The notes: generated by a model from the letters alone, not told the origin. A stretch of DNA of 64,000 bases from Eledone cirrhosa (GCA_964016885.1 OZ024747.1:41044001-41108000), one strand, 5' to 3'; positions 44,501-59,081 are shown, counted from the stretch's first letter. Program-made: numbers and translations.

Positions 44501-45177
44501 CGAAAGTTCGTTCACTGAATCCCGACACATATTTCCCCCCGGAACCCACCCCCCGTTTAGTACAGGACTGGCGCCAAGCTGAGGCTGTCGATAAAAGAGT
44601 CCTTCTTCAATTCAGGGTGGTGTGACCCGAAAGAGATTTGGTCGCCACCTCCAGCAGGTCAAGCAACCGCATAGAGGTCCTCACTCCCTCGCTTAAAACA
44701 AACACAACTGTTATAGAGATTAAGCATAAGACCCTGTTTTTATACTTTGACCCATTTCACACTCTGTTGTGTTACTGATCTCTGGGAGAATTAGTCATGT
44801 CACTCCGGAGAGGGATTGTGACTCCGTTTGATTGTATTTGCCCAAGATATATTGCATAATGTAGCGTACCCACGACCCTAGAGGGTCAAGGGAAAAGTGA
44901 AGTGAAATGAAGCCATGTCTCCTATTTTGTCTGACTTTTGTGAAGCTCAGCTTCTCAAGATAAGTTCTGAGATTGCTAGTTGTGTCAGCAAGTGTCGCAA
45001 TAGTCAAAGTATTTTTTTTAAATTCGGTTTAGATACTTGTTTTGTTTTCTTGTTTTTTTTTATCTTTAACCTTGAGTTAATGTTTTCTGTACAACTAACA
45101 TCATCCGTGGGGTGTTTACGTTAGCACTTGGGAGAAGTTTTGATGGGAATGTCCCACCAATAATCCTTGTGTTGATA

Positions 45178-45368
45178 TACGAGGGTAGGCTGAAAGGTTC
45201 ATCGGCTAACTATGAAGGAGTGATGTTAGAGCTGAGAAATATTGCATGCATTAATTTCAACTCTTCTTATTAATAACAGCATTGTTTTGATCCAGAGACT
45301 ATGTTGAAAAATAAACCTCATTTTCTCATTCCATGAGAGTATCCTGAATTTTTCAGCCGACCTTCGTA
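45178..45368. mobile_element. Mariner-type MITE
   Basis: TIRs tacgagggtaggctgaaa / tttcagccgaccttcgta with TA ends. Same family at 47407-47607; a lone TIR at 6641-6671. Confidence 0.8.
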
Positions 45369-45498
45369 CGCGTGTATAATCAAAAACAGGGAGATTATTT
45401 AAGTATATCACGAAACAGTCTTTCCGAGGGATGGTATTGCATATTGTTTTACCAACCACCCGCTTCCTCATTAGAAGGTATTATCTTCATAACATATA

Positions 45499-45688
45499 GG
45501 GCGGTGAATTGGCAGTACCGGTAGAGGGTTGGACGCCATGCTTTCTATCATAGTTACGTCTCTTTACCGTCTGAGTTCAAATCCCGTCGAGGTTAACTTT
45601 GCTTTTCATCCTTATGGGGTCGATAAAATAAAGTACCAGTAATGTACTGGGTAATTGCTGGCCTTGTGCCAAAAGTAGAAACAATTAT
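45499..45688 (+). mobile_element. tRNA-derived SINE with target-site duplication
   Basis: attatcttcataacatata is duplicated on both sides. Confidence 0.92.
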
Positions 45689-45986
45689 CTTCATAACATA
45701 TATTTCTAAAAAATCTAGAAGCTGCTCTGATATAATATCTATGGTTGACATAAACCTTGATCATTTTTTGTATCTGAATATTTAACTAAATATTGAAAGA
45801 GAGAGACATACGTGTCCTACAAGCCTATGTCATTAGAATACGATGTTATATATGACAAAATGATAGCTATCTATTAGATATACTCTTGACAAGTAAATAA
45901 TCAAGTACAGTATGTACATATATATGTATAATATTTTAAAATAATGAATTATGTATATAAAAATGTGTATGTGTATGTGTATGTTC

Positions 45987-46024
<38 letters not shown>

Positions 46025-46234
46025 ATATATATATATCTATGGGGATTCGTGATATTGCTATAATGATTTCATTTGAGTGAATTTCAGACGGATGCGCATA
46101 ATTTAAATTTCAAATTACAGAACTGTTATGGTAAGAAAAGCCATCAACAATATAGAACCAAGTATTTGATGACCTGTCACCGCAATATTCTGGTTATTCA
46201 AAGTTACTCAAACTATATCAATATTTTTAAAATA

Positions 46235-46640
46235 AGGAATATAGACGAGAAGGTAGACTAAAATATGTAGAAGAGGAGATAGACTGAAATAAACTATATA
46301 GACAAGGATCGATTAAACTAAGCTGTATAAACGAGAACATAGACAGAACTAAGTTGCATCGATGATAGGATTGCCTGGAATATATTGTATAGACCAGACG
46401 ATACACTAAACTAAACTGTATAGATGAAAACATTAGTTTATATTTTCATCTATACAGTTTTTTTATCTATCTTCTCATTTACACAGCTTGTCTATCTAGC
46501 TGTATAAATGAAAAGATAAGCTAAAAGGCTGGTAGACGAGAAGATAGGCTAAAATAAGTTGTATGATGAAAGGATAGACTAGATAAGCTGTTTAGGCGTG
46601 AATATACACTAAAATAAGCTGTGAGTATAGACTAAAATAA
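46235..46640. repeat. Degenerate minisatellite of about 30-35 bp with a short inverted segment
   Basis: Recurring tagactaaaataagctgtatagacgagaaga-like unit; inverted piece near 46435-46500. Confidence 0.6.
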
Positions 46641-46827
46641 TTGTTTCTACTTTTGGCACAAGGCCAGAAATTAACCAGTACATTACTGGTACTTTATTTT
46701 ATCGACCCCGTAAAGATGAAAGGCGAAATTGACCTCGGCGGGATTTGAACTCAGAATAGAAAGAGCCGTAACTCTATGTGTCAAAGCATGGCGTCCGACC
46801 CTCTACCGAAACTGCCAATTCACCGCC
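46639..46827 (-). mobile_element. tRNA-derived SINE
   Basis: Full copy of the same family. Confidence 0.9.
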
Positions 46828-47241
46828 TAAAATAATAACAGCAACAATAGTAACTACAACAACAAAAACAATAGTAACTACAACAATATTAACAACAGTG
46901 ACAGCCAAACTATAGTAATAACAACAAAAACAAGAATAACTACAATAACAATAGCAACAACAAATATTACGACAGCAATACTTATTAATTTTTTTAATTT
47001 AACAACAACAACAACAGCAGCAGCAACAACAAAAACAACAACAACAATAACAACACCACGCCCGGTAACACTGTATCAAATTTATCTTATCTTAGCAAAA
47101 GTTTATCAACCAATGACACTGGGTCGATGGAGCTATCTAAAATCCACACAGACTTTCATATCCATGCTATAACCCCGAGGATATATCGGTACAGTTTGTT
47201 ACATACGATTTCAATGATAATTTAAATACATGAATACATAC

Positions 47242-47361
47242 TATTAAAATCAATTCCTCTGTGAGGGTGAGGGCAAGGTATATAAGCTTCTTTCCCGACA
47301 GCAGTTCTTGGCCAGCATGAAAGTGTGTCCCACATTGCATTGCAAGACTCGTTTAAATCAT
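47242..47361 (-). CDS. Class B (secretin-family) GPCR ectodomain exon
   Basis: Acceptor tttcgttgcag and donor gtatgt; 120 nt, phase 1-1. Encodes DLNESCNAMWDTLSCWPRTAVGKEAYIPCPHPHRGIDFN, with the CxxxWDxxxCWP...PCP hormone-receptor motif. Not in the ORF track. Confidence 0.93.
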
Positions 47362-47406
47362 CTGCAACGAAACAAAAATTGTATATATTCAATATTATAT
47401 GAAAGT

Positions 47407-47607
47407 ATGAGAGGCGGCTGAAAGGTTCATAGGCTGACTATAAAAGAGTAATGCGTGTGCCATGAAATCTTGCATGCATTAATTTCAACTTTCCTTATCA
47501 ATAACTGCATTGTTTCTTTTCATGGACTATTTTGAAAGCTAAACCTCATTTGGTCATTACATGAGAGTATCTTGGCCAGCCTATGAACTTTTCAGCCGAC
47601 CCTCGTA
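47407..47607. mobile_element. Mariner-type MITE (second copy)
   Basis: tatgagaggcggctgaaaggttcataggctg ... cagcctatgaacttttcagccgaccctcgta; internal similarity to the 45178 copy. Confidence 0.8.
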
Positions 47608-47728
47608 TGTTACTATAGCGAGGAAAACTACAAAAATCACAAAGCGTCAGTGTTTATTTTACAAAGATTGGCCTCCTCATCAAACACAAAATATCGACCC
47701 AAATACATTCATTATCTAGTTATATAAA

Positions 47729-47917
47729 GGCGGTGGATTGGCAGTATCGGTAGAGGGTCGGACGCCATGCTTTGCAGCACAGTTACGTCCCTTTACGGAC
47801 TGAGTTCAAATCCCGCCGAGGTTAACTTTGCCTTTCATCCTTACGGGGTCGATAAAATAAAGTACCAGTAATACACTGGAGTAATTGCTGGCCTTGTGCC
47901 AAATGTAGAAACAATTA
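47729..47917 (+). mobile_element. tRNA-derived SINE with target-site duplication
   Basis: attatctagttatata is duplicated on both sides. Confidence 0.92.
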
Positions 47918-48112
47918 TCTAGTTATATAAATAAGTCAAAATGTAAATGAGAACATATCAGTATGCAAAGCAATTGAGAAATTCCTGTAAACCTCTTAAG
48001 TAAGATAATTAATTTCATATGCCATCGTTAACAAAGCAAGTCATAGAAAATAAAGTTAAGCAACTAAATATTGACAAAAATGTATTTTTTCTGTTTGCCA
48101 ATTGTTACTACA

Positions 48113-48175
<63 letters not shown>

Positions 48176-48425
48176 ATAAATTAACGGAGCCATAGGCCCT
48201 CGCCATTCCCTGTAAATAATGTGTTCAAAGGAGAAGAAATCCTGAGCTCTTTAAAATACAATATGTTGAAAAGGTAACACACCAGAGAGAGATATATAGT
48301 GCGTTATCAATAATACAGGGAAAAAACGACCAGTGTATGGAATCTATAACCTATGAAAGGCAGACTATAGACACGATTATTAAAATATAAATTAAAGCGT
48401 AAATAAATACCTCTATAACTATATA

Positions 48426-48507
48426 ACACACGTACAAATCCAAAGAGATCTATTTCGCCAGTAATTTGTTGACAGAAATGGAATAACCTCGGTTCCTCAG
48501 CGTGTGT
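48426..48507 (-). ncRNA. Type I hammerhead motif with long stems II and III
   Basis: acacacg-CTGAGGA-accg...tggc-GAAA-tagatct cttt ggatttg-TA-cgtgtgt; 7-bp stem I. Confidence 0.75.
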
Positions 48508-48599
48508 AAGGCTATACATTTCAGACAACACTAAGAGAATTTTAAAAGTGACTGTCCAGCTACACGTGGGAGAGAGAAGTCACAGCGTGTTTAAGGGCA

Positions 48600-48636
<37 letters not shown>

Positions 48637-48814
48637 TACAGTATATATATGTGTGAGTGAGAGTGTCTGTGTGTATATATATATATATATATATATACAG
48701 AGAGAGAGAGAGGGAGAGGGGGAGAGAGACGGATCCAGCAAGAATGAAGTGCAATGTATGTGGCCGATTTCTTCTAACAAGAGCTAGTTTTGCTAACTAT
48801 CTGAAATCACACGT

Positions 48815-48861
<47 letters not shown>

Positions 48862-48873
48862 ATATATATATAC

Positions 48874-48937
<64 letters not shown>

Positions 48938-48967
48938 GTATATATATATTTTTTTTTGGGGGGGGGG

Positions 48968-49181
48968 AACGATCGACTTTCGTCAAATCGGACCGAGGAA
49001 ACAATGTTTCCGTTGGTCTTTCCAATTGCTAATACTATCTATCGGTCGCAACTCCGGGTAGAAGGAGCAACGTGAAATAAAGTGTCTTGCTCAAGGACAT
49101 AACGCATCGCCTGGTCCAGAAATCGAACTCACAACCTTACGATTGCGAATCCAATTCTCTAAACACTCAGCCACACGCCTT
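48968..49181 (-). mobile_element. Third copy of the CORE-like tRNA SINE
   Basis: Highly similar to 30835-31048. Confidence 0.85.
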
Positions 49182-49343
<162 letters not shown>

Positions 49344-49586
49344 ATATATATGTGTATATATATATATATATTGCGAGATTTTTTATATGAAATCGTTTGT
49401 CGAAACAAATATTGTTATACTTGGGGAGGGTCATATTGTTGTAATAATATTGCCAGAATTAATAACAGAAAACACTCACTGTATCTTTTATATCAGTTAA
49501 TTCATTTGGTCCTCAATGTTTACCATTGACTGACCAATGGTCAAAAATACAGATATAATATAGACACAAACACATATATATAGTCT

Positions 49587-49628
49587 AACAAAGTTCTTTC
49601 GTTGCACATCTGCAACATCGTCAGTGGT
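49587..49628 (-). ncRNA. Type I hammerhead motif
   Basis: acca-CTGACGA-t gttgca gatg tgcaac-GAAA-gaac-TT-tgtt (stem I imperfect); lies between inverted arms of about 49408-49530 and 49655-49782. A decayed relative is at 27800-27845. Confidence 0.7.
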
Positions 49629-49846
49629 GCTATTATGTTTCTTTTTCAATGGTAAACATTGAGGATCGAATGAATTAACTGATATAAAAGAAACAGAAGC
49701 GAAAACCAACCAAACAGTGAATGTTTTCTGTTATTAATTCTGGCAATATTATTACAATATGACCCTCCCAAGTATAACAATATATATATATATATATATG
49801 TATACATATATATTTATGTATGTATATATATATATGTGTGTGTGAG

Positions 49847-49879
<33 letters not shown>

Positions 49880-49892
49880 GTGTATATATATT

Positions 49893-49980
<88 letters not shown>

Positions 49981-50029
49981 TATGTATATATATAGATAGA
50001 TACAGATATATATATATATGTGTGTGTGT

Positions 50030-50703
50030 GTGGATATAATATAGAAAACGAAGAATCAGCGATGAATCGGAACACAATTTATTAACGTATTACAGTTGTT
50101 TCTCCGGCGAACAGCTCGAGGTGCGATCTATTTGCGGATCAAACCTGACTCTGGATTCGCAAGTTCCTCAGATACGTCTAGTGACTTCGAAGCAGACTCT
50201 CTCTGTTGGACTCCGTCCGACCCTTAGAATTTCTATCATCTACCATCATCCTGTTTGCGCGGCCGGTCGATTGGTCAATAGTTCGAGACGTCATCTGTAT
50301 GTTTGACCATTCAAAGCCTCCCACTGACCATTTCAATTCAGGTGTGAGCTGTCACTCACCTTAATTCTGTCGCCAGAATTACTGCTACATGGGCATGGGG
50401 TTCTGATCTGCCTTGCCTGTACCTAGCTTGCCCGTAGCCCATCACCCACACACCCTTACACACACGCGTACGCTCACACGTGTGCGCACACACATACACA
50501 TGCATATATTCACACCCTCATATATAGGTATACACAGATATACGCACACATGTACACATACACGGACCCTCAGATATACATATATATATATCTCCATATA
50601 TACACACATATACACACACCTATATATACATACACACACACATACATATACCCGCGCGTACGTATGCCCGCAACCAAGCGTACCCATATATATCTATATC
50701 TAT

Positions 50704-50736
<33 letters not shown>

Positions 50737-52270
50737 CATGCACCCATAGACGCGCATGTACAGACACATGGATATAGGCCCACGCGCACACACATATATA
50801 ATTACAGACACTCACAAATGTGCTTCTGTGTGTATACATGTCCCTGCGGGCACTCTTTAACACATAGCATTACATACGCATATAGATACACACATGTGTG
50901 TCGGCACTATGAGTAATCCCATTAGTGTTATCTGTTGCTACTGGGGCTATGCCTATGCTATTGATCCGAGTATTCTCTCTATCTGATTCCACGTCCTGTG
51001 CTGTTTTTACTCTGTCACTATCTCTAGTTCCCCCCATCTCGTTTTGTGTTTGTGTTGAGCATCTGCCTGCGTGGTCTATCGTCCGCGTGTGCCTTCCTCT
51101 GTCTTAGTGTCGGTTTTCTGTCCCTGCGGTAACCTATGTTGCTAGCCCTATTCTTAGATGCGTGTTCCCAGGTGTTCTGCCTACTTATGGAAGTGCTATT
51201 GCTATCCTCGTATGCGCGTTTCTCGCCGCTAGGCCCTTCCCTGTCCGGGATATACACTATGGTTTCTGTGTAACCGGCCCTGTGCAGTACCTCATTATAA
51301 TAATCGGCGTACTGGTTAAACACGTCTGCGTTAGCCGACAGGGTGGATAGGCGATTGGAGACCCCTTTTACTATGGCGTCTATTACAGACTTGGTGTGAT
51401 TCGAGTGACTGCTTACATATTGCAGGTTCTCGTTGGGCTTGTGGTAAGGCCGGTGTATGCCTGTATTCAGTTCTAGAGTTACGTCAATGAAATTCACCGT
51501 CTTAGTGCTAGGTTCTATCACCACGGATAAGCCGTGCTGTTTAAAAAAATGCGATATGCGCTTCCTCATACGCTCCAGCTGGCTGGGCTTTAGGGAGCGG
51601 AAAGTAAATAGTGCGTCGTCTCTATATATTCCTACGCCGATCCCTGGGATCTCCTCTGCTAGCCTTTGGAGGAGATATATTCCCACCAGGTCCGACACCT
51701 GCGCAGAGTCACTCGACCCCATCGTAATATCGCAACTATCGGTTCTGTTCCTCCTTTCCCATAATTTATTGTCGAAGCTAATTAACATCTTTCTCGCTGC
51801 TACTATAATGTCTACTTCTCCTCTAGTGAGGTTGGACTTAGCCATGGCGCTCATGAGAGCCTTGTTCACGATTACTGGTGATACGGACGCGTTGTAATTC
51901 ACTATGTCCAACTGAATGAAATTTACCTGATGTTTGCTATCTAATAGCGAGAACCAGTCTATTACCTCCTTGGTGGAGGTCCATAAGCTAAGCCTAGTTC
52001 TAGTCCTAAGTACCGGTAGGATCCTATCTGTGATATTCTTACTGGCCCTACCTAGGTTTGACTTGGAGCGTGCTATTAACCTAACCGGGAGATTAGTCCT
52101 AAAGTCTAATTTGTGATCCTTAATGGATATCCTCAGTTTTCTGGGTACATAGAGTTCTGTCCGATCATCTATTTCTAGTCCTGTCATTACCCCTATGGTC
52201 GTGGCGTTGATGCTATCAAGGTTGTCTTGTCCTGTGGTCCTATAATTTTTCCTAATCTCTTTCCCGATGC
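50030..52270 (-). mobile_element. Penelope-like element: RT ORF plus 3' pLTR with hammerhead
   Basis: ORF 51024-52298 has PLE RT motifs (IKDHKLDFRTNLPVRLI, QLDIVNY, TMGSSDSAQVSDLVGIYLL, YRDD, FIDVTLEL...PYHKPN); hammerhead at 50085-50177 on the same strand; TA-rich flanks. Confidence 0.88.
50085..50177 (-). ncRNA. Hammerhead motif in the Penelope 3' pLTR
   Basis: acgtat-CTGAGGA-(about 60 nt stem II region)-GAAA-caactg-TA-atacgt. Confidence 0.78.
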
Positions 52271-52679
52271 ATAAATATATATATATATCAGAAGCCACAT
52301 TACATTAGAAGCCACTTACCGTAATTGCCATGCAGTGGGACTGAGTTCGAAGCCACGTGATTATGTAAATCAAATGTCTTGACTACACAATTTTGCCTGC
52401 GCTTATTTGTTAATTTTTTTCATATTTTATTTATCAGCGACATTAAAATCTCCCATACTGCATATCCTATGTCAGAGAAGTAGTATTTACGTGTTTCATG
52501 TGTTGACAACATATATATGTTAATATTCTATCGCTTTGCTTTCAATATTCAATTTCATACACAGTCTATCTCCCGAGACATTTTTATAACGAAAGTGCTT
52601 CAAAAACAACAATGGTGATAATATAATCATATAATATGAATACTATATAATTCAATATTCCTATCAATATAATACTTAC

Positions 52680-52732
<53 letters not shown>

Positions 52733-52772
52733 TATATATATATATATATATATATATCATATATATATATAT

Positions 52773-52879
<107 letters not shown>

Positions 52880-53394
52880 ATAACAGAGATAGTTTAAAGC
52901 TAAACTCTGACTGGTAACCATCTCACTCAACAAACATTAGGTTATATTAAAATATAAACCCAATTTAAGTGTGTGGGGTGCTAACAAAATGTATAATGTG
53001 GAAAAACCAGTTGTATTATTTTATGAGATATAATTAAAGTTAAAGTATATCTCTCTTTCCAAACAATTGTTTCATTATAAGTTTTCTAGAAGTTTGGGAG
53101 AATGTTTCCAGTTTATGTAGAAGCCTAATATATATTCATGTAAGAATATATTTAGGTGGGCACTTATAAATCGTCAGTGGAAGCCCATTAAATATTGATA
53201 TAAGAAAACAATTTCTTACCGCTGTCAAAAATCATGTCCGTAAAGTAGCTCTCTCTCACCTCGAATGACCGCCAAATTTGAAATTCCGGCCGTTTTTGAC
53301 TGAGGAAGTATCATAGCGACACGAAGCGGGAAGGGGAGACAACCCACGAAATGAGGAAAAAAATATAATAATGATATAGATATATCACTGTCTG

Positions 53395-53433
<39 letters not shown>

Positions 53434-53685
53434 TGAGATTGTTATGCTTTGAGAGTCATGTTGCCAATAACACACGTTTTCAACACACCCTCCCAAAGCA
53501 TAACAATATCGGTTTCAACACACGTTTTCAGATACAGAAGCTTGCTAATCAAATTCAGAAACGAAATATATATATGAGGTTGTATACAAACGTCGGACAA
53601 CAGAGGCCACGTACCGTTCCTCCCGTCTAAAAACTTTTCTCTACACACTATACGTCTCATTCTACATTTCCTCTTACACACACAC

Positions 53686-53716
<31 letters not shown>

Positions 53717-53718
53717 GA

Positions 53719-53998
<280 letters not shown>

Positions 53999-54012
53999 TG
54001 TATATATATATA

Positions 54013-54200
<188 letters not shown>

Positions 54201-54231
54201 GATAAATCTACCAAAAGTTTACGGTGTCCAA

Positions 54232-54315
54232 TCCGTATGAAGAACTCAATGTAATCCGGATATCATGAAAAGAGAAGATGCATTCAAAAACTACTTTCGG
54301 TGAAAAATAAACGGA
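54232..54315 (+). ncRNA. Degenerate hammerhead-like motif
   Basis: tccgt-ATGAAGA-...-GAAA-aataa-acgga; 5-bp stem I intact but core mutated. Confidence 0.35.
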
Positions 54316-54610
54316 AAACAGAGTCAAGATAAATTAATAAAATAATGAATAAACAAAGAAACAGTTCCTTATATTAAAAAAAATTCATCATTTTACGATC
54401 GTTTCTAGGATATATATGTGTTAGAGTTGGTATGCATATTCTATAGATCTATGTACAATATTTATACAAACTATCAGAGGGAATATACATACCTACACAT
54501 ATATATGCTGTATTCAGAAATAATTTATATATATATAAATGAAAAGTATAGAAATTATTGTAGCAAGAAGCTATATATATATATATATACTCTATATATA
54601 TATATATATA

Positions 54611-54755
<145 letters not shown>

Positions 54756-56254
54756 CGATCGTAAAGCAGTGAAGTATATTTCTAATGACTTGATTTTTTT
54801 ATTTCATTGTTTTAACTTATATATATATATAAGAAAACTTATAATGAAACAATTGTTTGGAAAGAGAGATATACTTTAACTTTAATTATATCTCATAAAA
54901 TAATACAACTGGTTTTTCCACATTATACATATTGTTAGCACCCCAAACACTTAAATTGGGTTTATATTTTAATATAACCTAATGTTTGTTGAGTGAGATG
55001 GTTACCAGTCAGAGTTTAGCTTTAAACTATCTCTGTTATTGTATTAAATATTTACTCTTGATTGGCCAGAGGTGTTTATTTCCAGGTACCTTATGAATTT
55101 GACTTTCCGAATTTACTACTGTTGTGAAATATTGTGGCTTTTTTTGGTTGTAACTTCTCTGTTTTTTAGCCTAGGAATATATATATATGCCTACGTATAT
55201 AATTACATGCATATATGTATTTATTTTCTTTTATTAATTGAGTTCTTTACACGAGGAATTAATATTGGTTTTGAAATAACTAATTAACCCGCGTGTGCTT
55301 TATATTTTACTCTTAATAATTCGGCCGGAGAATTATATTCCCATTTGCCCTTTATAGCATAACTTTCTGCATTTAATGCGGTTATGAGAAGCGGTTCTTA
55401 TTCGGGTACAACTTCTGATTTAGCCTAAGAAAATATCTATATGCGTGTGTAATTTATACAAGCATATATTTATTTTTTTATTTTCAATTGAGTTCTTAAA
55501 CACGTTGGATTGATAATGTTTACAAAAAAACTAATTAACCCGCGTGTATATTATTTTTTTTTCCTCATTTCGTGGGTTGTCTCCCCTTCCCGCTTCGTGT
55601 CGCTATGATACTTCCTCAGTCAAAAACTGCTGGAATTTCAAATTTGGCGGTCATTCGAGGTGAGAGGGAGCAAATTTAAGGACAAGATTTTTGACAGCGG
55701 TAAGAAATTGTTTTGTTATATCAATGTTTAATGGGCTTCCACTGATGATTTATAAGTGCCCACCTAAATATATTCTTACAAGAATATATATTAGGCTTCT
55801 ACATAAAATGGAAACATTCTCCCAAACTTGTAGAAAACTTATAATGAAACAATTGTTTGGAAAGAGAGATATACTTTAACTTTAATTATATCTCATAAAA
55901 TAATACAACTGGTTTTTCCACATTATACATATTGTTAGCACCCCAAACACTTAAATTGGGTTTATATTTTAATATAACCTAATGTTTGTTGAGTGAGATG
56001 GTTACCAGTCAGAGTTTAGCTTTAAACTATCTCTGTTATTGTATTAAATATTTATATATATATATATTTATATATATATATTTAGTATAACAATATTTGT
56101 TTCGACACACGATTTCATATAAAAAACCTCGCAAAACTAATTCATCGCCGCTATATATATTTATATATATATATATTTATATATATTTATATATATATAT
56201 ATATTTATATATATTTATATATATATATTTATATATATATATATTTATATATAT

Positions 56255-57510
56255 ATGTGAATATAGACATAGAATATTCGAAAATATTCTGTATGTTTAT
56301 AATAAACATTTTGAAGACCTAATCGCTATAGAATAGAATACGTCACGTATTACAATTAGATTCTCGATAAAAGCAAGGGAAGTAATCTACGCGTTTCATT
56401 CTTGTTAGAAATCTTCAGGACTACATATCCAGTGCTTTTATCGAGAATGACACAGCTAGAGACTTATAGAATACTTAGCTGTGTACAGGAACTGGTTTGA
56501 AAGAGCGGTTGCCGGTCCGGCAGAAATTAGAAATTGGAATAAATGCTCTGAAATAGCGATATATATGTGAATATAGACATAGAATATTCGAAAATATTCT
56601 GTATGTTTATAATAAACATTTTGAAGACCTAATCGCTATAGAATAGAATACGTCACGAATACATTCTCGATAAAAGCACTGGATATGTAGTCCTGAAGAT
56701 TTCTAACAAGAATGAAACGCCTAGATTACTTCCCTTGCTTTTATCGAGAATCTAATTGTAATACGTGACGTATTCTATTCTATAGCGATTAGGTCTTCAA
56801 AATGTTTATTATAAACATACAGAATATTTTCGAATATTCTATGTCTATATTCACATATATATCGCTATTTCAGAGCATTTATTCCAATTTCTAATTTCTG
56901 CCGGACCGGCAACCGCTCTTTCAAACCAGTTCCTGTACACAGCTAAGTATTCTATAAGTCTCTAGCTGTGTCATTCTCGATAAAAGCACTGGATATGTAG
57001 TCCTGAAGATTTCTAACAAGAATGAAACGCGTAGATTACTTCCCTTGCTTTTATCGAGAATCTAATTGTAATACGTGACGTATTCTATTCTATAGCGATT
57101 AGGTCTTCAAAATGTTTATTATAAACATACAGAATATTTTCGAATATTCTATGTCTATATTCACATATATATCGCTATTTCAGAGCATTTATTCCAATTT
57201 CTAATTTCTGCCGGACCGGCAACCGCTCTTTCAAACCAGTTCCTGTACACAGCTAAGTATTCTATAAGTCTCTAGCTGTGTCATTCTCGATAAAAGCACT
57301 GGATATGTAGTCCTGAAGATTTCTAACAAGAATGAAACGCGTAGATTACTTCCCTTGCTTTTATCGAGAATCTAATTGTAATACGTGACGTATTCTATTC
57401 TATAGCGATTAGGTCTTCAAAATGTTTATTATAAACATACAGAATATTTTCGAATATTCTATGTCTATATTCACATATATATCGCTATTTCAGAGCATTT
57501 ATTCCAATTT
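56255..57510. repeat. 310-bp hammerhead-bearing tandem array (retrozyme-like) with inverted block
   Basis: gtagtc-CTGAAGA-t ttct aaca agaa t-GAAA-cgcg-TA-gattac at 56382-56424(-), 56687-56729 (cgcc), 56997-57039 and 57307-57349(+); period 310; inversion near 56660. Confidence 0.92.
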
Positions 57511-57593
57511 ATATATATATATATATTTATATATATTTATATATATATATATTTATATATATTTATATATATATATATATTTATATATTTATA

Positions 57594-57634
<41 letters not shown>

Positions 57635-59081
57635 TCTTACATAGAGCACTCTTCACTCCTATGACTTTTTCAATTTTCAACGGAAACTTCAATATATATA
57701 TATATATATAATACAATAACAGAGATAGTTTAAAGCTAATCTCTGACTGGTAACCATGTCACTCAACAAACATTAGGTTATATTTTAATATAAACCCAAT
57801 TAATTGTTTGGGGTGCTAACAATATGTATTATGTGGAAACGCCGGTTGTATTATTTTATGAGATATAATTAAAGATAAAATATATCTCTCTTTCCAAACA
57901 ATTGTTTCATTATAAGTTTTCTACAAATTCGGAGAATATTTCCAGTTTATGTAGAAGCCTAATATACATTCATGTAAGAATATATTTAGGTGGGCACTTA
58001 TAAATCATCAGTGGAAGCCCATTAAACTTTGATATAAGAAAAAATTCTTACCGCAGTTAAAAATCGTGTCTGTTAAGTTGCTCCTTCCCGCATCGAATGA
58101 CCGGCAAATTTGAAATTCCAGCAGTCTTTGACTGAGGAAGTATTATAGCGTCACTAAGCGGGAAGGGGAGACAACTACGATCCACGAAAGGAGGAAAAAA
58201 AATAATATACACGCGGGTTAATCAGTTTTTTCGAAAACATTATCAATCCAACGTGTTAAGAACTCAATTGAATATTAAAAAAATAAATATATGCGTGTAT
58301 AAATTACACACGCATATAGATATTTTCTTAGGCTAAAATCAGAGGTTGTACCTGAATAAGAAACCGCATCTCGTAACCGTAGCAAATACGGAAAGTTATG
58401 CTTTAAAGGGCAAATGGGAATGTAAATCTCCGGCCGAATTAAGAGTAAAATATAAAACACACGCGGGTTAATTAGTTATTTCAAAACTAATATCAATTCC
58501 TCGTGTAAAGAACTCAATTAATTTAAAAAAATAAATGTATGCATGTAATTATATACATAGGCATATATATATTTTCTTAGGCTAAAAAACAGAGAAGTTA
58601 CAACCAATAAAAATCACAATATCGCACAACAGTAATAAATACGGAAAGTCAAATTTATAAGGAACCTGGAAATAAACACCTCTTATATATATATATATAT
58701 TTCTCTTTCAAAATACAGACAGTGATATACCTATATCATTATTTTGTCAAACTTCCATCAACACTACATAATGATGAGCCTGCCGTTAAATTATTGTTCC
58801 TCACAAATAACTACTAATATACTTTAGAAAGCATGGATATTGCAACATCTCATACCTAACAATTGTCGAATAAACCAATAAACCAACCCAAAAGGGAAAT
58901 AAGAGTTAGATACAACAGTTATGCATGATTCTTTACGTGGGCCTGTGAAATCTTGTTAATGGGTCTGGAGTTGACCCAAGGAAAATAGGTGGGCTTTGAA
59001 ATTATTTTTATTTTTATTTTTTTACTGGCGTAAAATTATGAAAATACAAACTACTTTACGTTATTTCTAAAGGCAAATAAA

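Noticed and set aside
53495-53535. Minus-strand ctgaaaa...gaaaccgata hammerhead-like string
   Set aside because: Core mismatch and no stem I pairing.
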